A stretch of DNA of 64,000 nt from a virus. Positions 57,987 to 64,000 of the stretch are shown here, piece after piece (positions within the stretch are counted from its first letter, which is position 1; each line of letters begins with the position of its first letter). A model generated the notes under the pieces. The model saw only the letters and a program-made list of their open reading frames with translations. It searched no databases and was not told the origin of the DNA. The stretch lies in the IMG/VR virus record IMGVR_UViG_3300024262_000015, positions 64,001-128,000 of that record; one strand, given 5' to 3'. The position numbers were made by a program, and so were the translations under genes.

Positions 57987-60035
57987 ATGCCCTGCGATCC
58001 TGGTGACAATAATTTAAATCCTCCGGTTCTCCCGCCGCCTCCTTTGGTACCAGGATTTGGGATCCCTTTTTCTCCTATCCAGATTCCTTATCCTGATGTT
58101 GCTATCCCTGAAGGAATTCCTGAAGATGTCCTTGCATTAGTAAATTCAATTTTTGCATGGCTTCCTGGAGGATTCAATTTAAAAGCTGTAACCAGTGAAA
58201 CCCTCCAAAACACATTGGACGCGGTAGCTAGCGTTCTAGGTAGTATTCAGCCTTGGCTTAGTTTATATACTTTTTTTCAACCAGTTCTAGATATTATTCT
58301 TTGTATTTTGGATATTATATGTGCATGGCCAAATCCATTTAAAGTAATTCGAGCTACCAAGAGATTGTTTAAAGAATGCATTCCGGCTTTTCTAAGCTTG
58401 TTTCCTTGGTTTGCGTTGGTGGCTTTAATTTATAGTTTGCTGCTTCTTTTAATAGAGCTTTTGTTATTTATGATTCAAAAGCTTACTGAGTTTATTGAAC
58501 AGCTTATAGCCAACCTTCTTGTTTTGGCCCAAGCCGCTGCTCTTAAAAGCGAAGAAGCGGTTTTAGCCGCAACGCTTAAGATTGCTTATTTGTTTTGCAT
58601 CTTTGAACAACTGTTTGCGGTACTGGTGATGTTCCAAGTAATCTTTGGATCAATTAAATCAGTTCTTGGGCTGTCCGGAAAGTTTGTGTGTTTTGGTTCA
58701 AGCTCAGATTGTTGTGATGAATGTCCGACGTTTCCTGAGGAGGGAATTACAGGAACATTAGGGGCTCTGTTTTATCTTAATGAAGTGGAACAAAACCCTC
58801 CAGCCTTTCCACCATTAAGAAATGAATCATGGCAGTTTGGTGATGCATCTTCTCCTCCACAAGCACCGGACGAGCAAATAATAAGCATTGTAACTCCAAT
58901 AAACTTTTGGCCAGAGGGGATAACCTTTACGGCTGACTCTACTCCGGCCAAGGTTCCTTATACTGTGGATATGAAATTAACTTTAGATCCGCATGTGTTT
59001 CATCCTTTATCACCAGCCGGTCTTAAAACGTTTAATATTACTAACTGCATTGTAAGTCAGCAGCCTGTACCTGGGGTAGAGGGTGCAACTCCTACCTCTA
59101 CTATTTCTTCAGGAGTTGTAAAGCTGGTTGGTGGGTTAGTAACAAACGCCGATGGTACTCCCTTTATGGTTCCGGTTGGTGCTCCTGCGGCTGACCAACA
59201 ACAAGCTACCTTAGAAACATTTATCCATCTAAGCCCTTCTATTTTCCCAGGAGGAAAAGAAGAGGTAATTCAAGATATTTCGTATACTCTTAAGATTAAT
59301 TATGAAGCTCTTTTGTTTTATCAACTTATTACAGTTGGTTGTGTTCCTGAAATAGCTTATGAGGCTGAACTGCTTAGCTTAAGGCTTCCAAATCTTGTAT
59401 CTTTAGAAGAAAAGATTGGTGGGCCGTTGCCAGATATGGATGCGGGCCTTTTGTGTCTGCAAACCTCTCTTAATAACCTTAGGAAAGATGTGTCTTTTGC
59501 TAAGGTGGGAGAGTTCCAGTTAGAAACAATTGCCTGTATTGATGTGATGAGGGCAGATGCGTGTCGAGGTCTTGTAAGCGCTTTAGAAAGCAGTATAGAT
59601 GTTTTCCATTCTACTATAGAGGTAGATCCAGAAACTCAGTTTATTAATCTGCCTATAAAAGCTACGGTTCAACTATATGATGCTAACAATACCCCATTGG
59701 CATTTCAAATACCTGAAGACTGTCCAGTGGATCTTGATTTGCAAGGACAGGTTACTTTGGGAGAAATATCGGACTTTGTTTTTGATCCTGGTACGGGTAC
59801 GTTTAATGCGGACATTAATAGTGCCAATGAGGGAGATGGGTATCTAAGCGTTACCTTTAATGGTGAAGCGTTTTCGGATGTAGAGGGGCTGGATGTAGAT
59901 GATCCTACTTCCATTGTTACCCGACTAGTTCCCTATACCTTTATTGGAATTGGTGGACTGACTGGAACAAGCGGTCAAGATCCATTACCACGCAGAGATG
60001 TTACCGATACTTCAGCTCTAGAGGGAGGTGATTAG
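57987..60035 (+). CDS. Baseplate-module protein with long hydrophobic helices and C-terminal Ig-like domain
   Basis: 682 aa, Pro-rich start, FPWFALVALIYSLLLLLIELLLFMI, Cys cluster, one DGY. Confidence 0.65.
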   Translation: MPCDPGDNNLNPPVLPPPPLVPGFGIPFSPIQIPYPDVAIPEGIPEDVLALVNSIFAWLPGGFNLKAVTSETLQNTLDAVASVLGSIQPWLSLYTFFQPVLDIILCILDIICAWPNPFKVIRATKRLFKECIPAFLSLFPWFALVALIYSLLLLLIELLLFMIQKLTEFIEQLIANLLVLAQAAALKSEEAVLAATLKIAYLFCIFEQLFAVLVMFQVIFGSIKSVLGLSGKFVCFGSSSDCCDECPTFPEEGITGTLGALFYLNEVEQNPPAFPPLRNESWQFGDASSPPQAPDEQIISIVTPINFWPEGITFTADSTPAKVPYTVDMKLTLDPHVFHPLSPAGLKTFNITNCIVSQQPVPGVEGATPTSTISSGVVKLVGGLVTNADGTPFMVPVGAPAADQQQATLETFIHLSPSIFPGGKEEVIQDISYTLKINYEALLFYQLITVGCVPEIAYEAELLSLRLPNLVSLEEKIGGPLPDMDAGLLCLQTSLNNLRKDVSFAKVGEFQLETIACIDVMRADACRGLVSALESSIDVFHSTIEVDPETQFINLPIKATVQLYDANNTPLAFQIPEDCPVDLDLQGQVTLGEISDFVFDPGTGTFNADINSANEGDGYLSVTFNGEAFSDVEGLDVDDPTSIVTRLVPYTFIGIGGLTGTSGQDPLPRRDVTDTSALEGGD

Positions 60036-61717
60036 TGGCGGATAATGAGGTAATTCCTGAGCAAGTTCCCGTTAATGATCCAAGGGATGATACCAATACT
60101 GTAGAGACCAATATTCTTTATTTGTTTAACACTATTTTGGCTCCGATTGCTTTTAAAAGAAGCAAATCTAGTCCTGCTGCTATTGAAGAAGTTCCAAAAC
60201 AAAAGGGCCAATGTGGAACTGTTTTGGCAGATCGATTAGCTATTGCTGGATTTTCTCCCGAGCCACAAGAAAGCCTCGCACATACTTTTTATAGGATGAT
60301 CGGGCTACCAATTATTGGGCGTGATGGAAATTTTTATAATCCCGGCTTTGACCCTACAAGAAATGTCAAGACGGCCGAAGCTCAGATTTCTATTTCACAA
60401 AATATTGACCAAACGTTAAGAGACATGGCGCGTCTAAGAGAAAATGCTGCTAGGGAGCGTTTGAGCATATTTAAAAAGAGAGGTCTTAATGCGGCTATCT
60501 ATGGAATGGTGATGGGAAAGGTGCCAATGCCTTTTCAAAATATGGACGCAAACAAAGAATTTAATGAATTAGACAAACAGATTTTTACTTTGCCAAGTCG
60601 TAAATCTTTTATAGAAAATAATTTTGAGGCTGCCGATCCAGAAAAAGAAATAACTAATTTTTTTGCTTCAGGCAATCATATGCTTAAGCCGTTTGTGTGT
60701 GACCCCATGATTTCGGATACTGTGATGCCAGGAAGCAGTTTGTTTGCTGCCCCATTTTTGAAGGACAAAACTGATCAGTATTGGGATAATGATATATATT
60801 TGGACCGTCCTATTTTAGAACAGGTGTTGCGTCAAAGGATTGAGCAGCGAAATCTAATAGGTGTTCTAGAAAGGGTGACGGGCCTGGTAGGAGGCAGTGA
60901 GTTCTTAGCTAATCTACAAGGTCTGAGTATAGACCAGCAACGCAATGTTGTATCTGCTTTATTAGCTAAAAAAGAAATAGATCCTGACCTTATTCCTGAG
61001 CTTCTTAAGTCTAATTCTGGCTTTGAGTTATCTAAAGTTACAGAAACAATACAAGCATTAAAGGGGATTATAACTAGATTGGTAGCTGCAGTGCAAGAGA
61101 TTGCGGCCGTTAACAAGACCTTGATTTGGACCCCTCTTGCAACCACCCTTGGTCCAGTAGGGGGAGTGGCTGAATTATCCAAACTTGTAAGAACTAAAGT
61201 TCAGATTGCCGAGCTAACACGTCAGATTGAGGCGATGCGTTTGGCTAATGTTGCTGCGGACTTTCAAATCCCTACAAGCCTAAATGAAATAGGTCCTTTT
61301 GCGTTGTTGGTTGCTGATCAAATTAGAAAGACTTTTAATGCTGATTTACATGCCTTAACTCAAAAGGAATTGGAATGTGTTAGAAAGGGAAGCGATGCCC
61401 TTAGAGATATTGAAATTATAACTGGAGAAATTTCAGGGTTTGGACTCGTTGATTATTTTGCTATTATGGCGACTCTTTGGTCACTGGATTTAAATGTTGT
61501 AATTAGTCTTTTGGATGAGTCATCTTTTGCGCGTCTTTATTCTAATAACATTGAGCTTATAAATCCTGAAGTTCAAGCGCGGAAGTCAGCGAAGAAACCG
61601 GTTGTTGAGATTAAGGAAGCAATAACACAATTTCAAAATAGGGTCGTTAATATTTTGGCATTTTGTGATGGGCTTAAGGCAGACGCATTGGGCCTTAAGA
61701 AACCGCAACAAAGTTAG
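60035..61717 (+). CDS. Hypothetical baseplate-module protein
   Basis: 560 aa with GGAGG SD and TAG/GTG overlap. Confidence 0.75.
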   Translation: MADNEVIPEQVPVNDPRDDTNTVETNILYLFNTILAPIAFKRSKSSPAAIEEVPKQKGQCGTVLADRLAIAGFSPEPQESLAHTFYRMIGLPIIGRDGNFYNPGFDPTRNVKTAEAQISISQNIDQTLRDMARLRENAARERLSIFKKRGLNAAIYGMVMGKVPMPFQNMDANKEFNELDKQIFTLPSRKSFIENNFEAADPEKEITNFFASGNHMLKPFVCDPMISDTVMPGSSLFAAPFLKDKTDQYWDNDIYLDRPILEQVLRQRIEQRNLIGVLERVTGLVGGSEFLANLQGLSIDQQRNVVSALLAKKEIDPDLIPELLKSNSGFELSKVTETIQALKGIITRLVAAVQEIAAVNKTLIWTPLATTLGPVGGVAELSKLVRTKVQIAELTRQIEAMRLANVAADFQIPTSLNEIGPFALLVADQIRKTFNADLHALTQKELECVRKGSDALRDIEIITGEISGFGLVDYFAIMATLWSLDLNVVISLLDESSFARLYSNNIELINPEVQARKSAKKPVVEIKEAITQFQNRVVNILAFCDGLKADALGLKKPQQS

Positions 61718-61723
61718 GGATGA

Positions 61724-62164
61724 ATGTCATTTGACCTAAGAATATCCGAAGGTGATCTTTCACTTTCAGCAGAAAACGATTTAGCTACTGTAGAGAATGG
61801 AGACAAGCTCATTCAAGATATATTAAAAATAATTCAAACCCCTATTGGAGGGAATGCCTTTTTTCCTTGGTATGGCTCTCCTGTGGCTAACACTTTAATC
61901 GGTACCTCTTTGGATACAGGATTTATTTCTTCGGTAGCATCTTCCCAATTGCGTGCCAGTTTGGATAATTTAAAGACGCTTCAGAATGCACAGTTAAGGG
62001 AGTTTGGCCAAAACGTTACTCCTCAAGAACAAATAGCTGCAATAGAGGGCGTTTCTGTAGAGCGTAATGCTATTGATCCCCGCTACTTCTCTGTTTATGT
62101 TTCTATTATTTCCAAAGCCAGAACACGAGAACAGGTAGAGATTCAAATAGATCCCACCTTGTAA
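61724..62164 (+). CDS. Baseplate wedge protein (gp25/gpW-like)
   Basis: DL.....GDL...KLIQDILKIIQTPIGGNAFFPWYGS. Confidence 0.85.
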   Translation: MSFDLRISEGDLSLSAENDLATVENGDKLIQDILKIIQTPIGGNAFFPWYGSPVANTLIGTSLDTGFISSVASSQLRASLDNLKTLQNAQLREFGQNVTPQEQIAAIEGVSVERNAIDPRYFSVYVSIISKARTREQVEIQIDPTL

Positions 62165-62280
62165 ACTCTTTAACTGCCGGCTGTAGGCTTTCTTTAATGT
62201 AGGCTATTAAAATCGGATGCATTATTACGCATTTGGGTTGGGTATAGTGTTAGTTAAGCCTTTTTTAGCAAGAGTGGTAC

Positions 62281-64000
62281 ATGGTAAGAATCCGAACTCA
62301 AAACGAGATTGTTCTGGATACAATCGATTTTTTTAGGAAAGCTAAGCCCCAGCTTGATACCAAACCAGGAACTGTAGCGCGGGATTTAGTTATTAATGCT
62401 CCTGCCTCTCAGCTTGCTCCATTATATGAAGCGCTAGCACAGGTGGAATCTAGCCAGGCCTTGATAAATGCTATTGGCCAAAACCTAGATAGACTAGGAC
62501 AAAACTTTGGAGCTTCTCGATTAGATGGTAGCCGATCTTCGGGAGAGGCGTTGCTGACTTTTGCAAGTTTAGAAGCTGACATAGTTATTAATGCCGGCAG
62601 TAGTATTGCTTCTAATAATGGGTCAACGTTTCAGGTTTCTCAAGGAATTACGATCAGTGTTATTCAAAAGAATTTCTATCGTTCCTTGGCTTCTAGGTTT
62701 AGGCAGGATTTAGATTTCGTTGGGATTACAGATGAGTTTGCGGCATTGGTTCCGGCGCAAGCAACTCAGCGTGGCTCCAGCAGCAATATATCTCGCTTTG
62801 CTTTAACTGCCACTGCTATACCGGGGGTCGATAACGTAACCAATCCCAATGCTTTTGGTGGTGGTACAGATTCAGAAACAGATGCGGCGTACAGACAGAG
62901 GATTTTAGGAGTTTTCTCAGGCGCTAATACAGGAACCACTACAGGTTATCGGCAGGCCATCCTTGGTATTGCAGCCGCTTTAGATGCGAGGGTAGTTGGT
63001 CCAGGCAATCCCCTAATGACGCGCGACGGAACGGATGTGGTTGACGTAGATGGGGTACGGATAATTGTGTCTGAGGGTACGGGTGGCAAGGTAGATATAT
63101 ACGTGTTCGGATTAAGAATTCAATCTATTCTAGATACATATATTTACCGAGATAAGAGCAATACCGGAGATGCTACAGCTACGATTAATGACTTTGTGTT
63201 GGGACAGATTGATGGTGATGAGGGCAAGACTGTTTCTACTCGAAGGGTAGAGAACTTACAAAATGAAACACTGCCAGATCAACCGGTTAACAATATTGTT
63301 TCTGTGGTTGGCTCGGCTAGTGGGGAAAACTTTTTGCCTATTTCCATTAACGAATTTGGGGTAATCTCGGGTAACTATCAATTAATAAGAGATACCGGAG
63401 CGTTTGGTGGAAGTCCTTGGGGTTTTGATAAGCTTCATTGGATCTCTAATCAGATAATAAACTTTAAGGAAGATCTTACTAAGGGAATTTTTAATGGCCA
63501 AGATCCCCTTTCGTTTACTGATGCTACTAGAATAGGGGGAGCGACTCAGCCTTACTCGGTAGCCAATGAAAATAGCGATGTAAATCCAGTAGATAGATCC
63601 TCTATTCAGCTACTACATTATCCCGTTACCAATGTAAGCCGAGTTTTTAATGTGACAACCGGAGAGAGGTATGTTGTATCTAATCAGAACCCAGATGGAA
63701 CAGGGGCACAAAACAATACTGGTAGAATAACAATCCGGGGAAATACTCTTCCTACAACTACAGATATTTTACAAATAGATTATACTTGGCTTTATAATTA
63801 CGATCCTAATTATGATTTTTATAATTTGGAGAGTGGAGAAAATATACGCCCTGCTGTGGATGTTATAGACTGGGGCTTTTCTAATGATGTACGGCAAGAA
63901 AGAGAGCCGGTTGAAGATGGTTATTTAAATGTTATTCATCCGGTAAGTTCTGTTATTAGCGTTAATACTTTTGAAGAGGTTCTTTCAACAGTAACTTCCG
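62281..64000 (+). CDS. Baseplate J-like wedge protein, truncated by the window end
   Basis: MVRIRTQNEI...KPGTVARDL...GQNLDRLGQNFG...GGTDSETDAAYRQRI. Confidence 0.85.
   Translation, partial: MVRIRTQNEIVLDTIDFFRKAKPQLDTKPGTVARDLVINAPASQLAPLYEALAQVESSQALINAIGQNLDRLGQNFGASRLDGSRSSGEALLTFASLEADIVINAGSSIASNNGSTFQVSQGITISVIQKNFYRSLASRFRQDLDFVGITDEFAALVPAQATQRGSSSNISRFALTATAIPGVDNVTNPNAFGGGTDSETDAAYRQRILGVFSGANTGTTTGYRQAILGIAAALDARVVGPGNPLMTRDGTDVVDVDGVRIIVSEGTGGKVDIYVFGLRIQSILDTYIYRDKSNTGDATATINDFVLGQIDGDEGKTVSTRRVENLQNETLPDQPVNNIVSVVGSASGENFLPISINEFGVISGNYQLIRDTGAFGGSPWGFDKLHWISNQIINFKEDLTKGIFNGQDPLSFTDATRIGGATQPYSVANENSDVNPVDRSSIQLLHYPVTNVSRVFNVTTGERYVVSNQNPDGTGAQNNTGRITIRGNTLPTTTDILQIDYTWLYNYDPNYDFYNLESGENIRPAVDVIDWGFSNDVRQEREPVEDGYLNVIHPVSSVISVNTFEEVLSTVTS

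Noticed and set aside
551-61182. Many short minus-strand or alternate-frame ORFs in the track (for example 551-838, 10656-11036, 14512-14796, 36320-36628, 39092-39439)
   Set aside because: They are shadows of longer genes or exons with recognisable motifs and have no start signals of their own
10372-63924. DGY enrichment as a DNA-level repeat or methylation site (GATGG)
   Set aside because: Synonymous positions vary (GAT/GAC, GGN, TAT/TAC) across the counted sites
1-64000. CRISPR array, tRNA, rRNA, reverse transcriptase or DGR
   Set aside because: I saw no spaced direct repeats, cloverleaf or T-loop signatures, YxDD reverse transcriptase ORF or template/variable repeat pair by eye

Overview
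Virion morphogenesis region of a large (jumbo-type) contractile-tailed phage. Genes are almost all on the + strand and read with the standard code. The order is capsid-decoration paralogs, putative internal head proteins, major capsid protein (MCP), accessory enzymes, neck proteins, fibres, tail terminator, sheath, tube, chaperones, tape measure and baseplate, which runs off the window end. The MCP gene is split by three group I introns into four exons (11169-11391, 12023-12079, 13116-13575, 14622-14901; 339 aa spliced), with LAGLIDADG ORFs in three states of decay. Three signals are not explained by ordinary annotation. (1) An Asp-Gly-Tyr (DGY) tripeptide occurs 26 times by my count in 13 mostly surface-type virion proteins, with varied codons, and is absent from MCP, tube, tape measure, hub and head-internal proteins. 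It is a candidate tag for an undescribed virion post-translational modification. (2) A K-x-A motif marks MCP and putative internal head proteins and is a candidate prohead-protease site. (3) A bipartite AT-N6-RYAT element sits 20-23 nt upstream of many start codons that lack a Shine-Dalgarno (SD) sequence, suggesting phage-specific promoters with leaderless mRNAs. No CRISPR array, tRNA or rRNA was seen. All product calls come from motifs and gene order read by eye, not from database searches.
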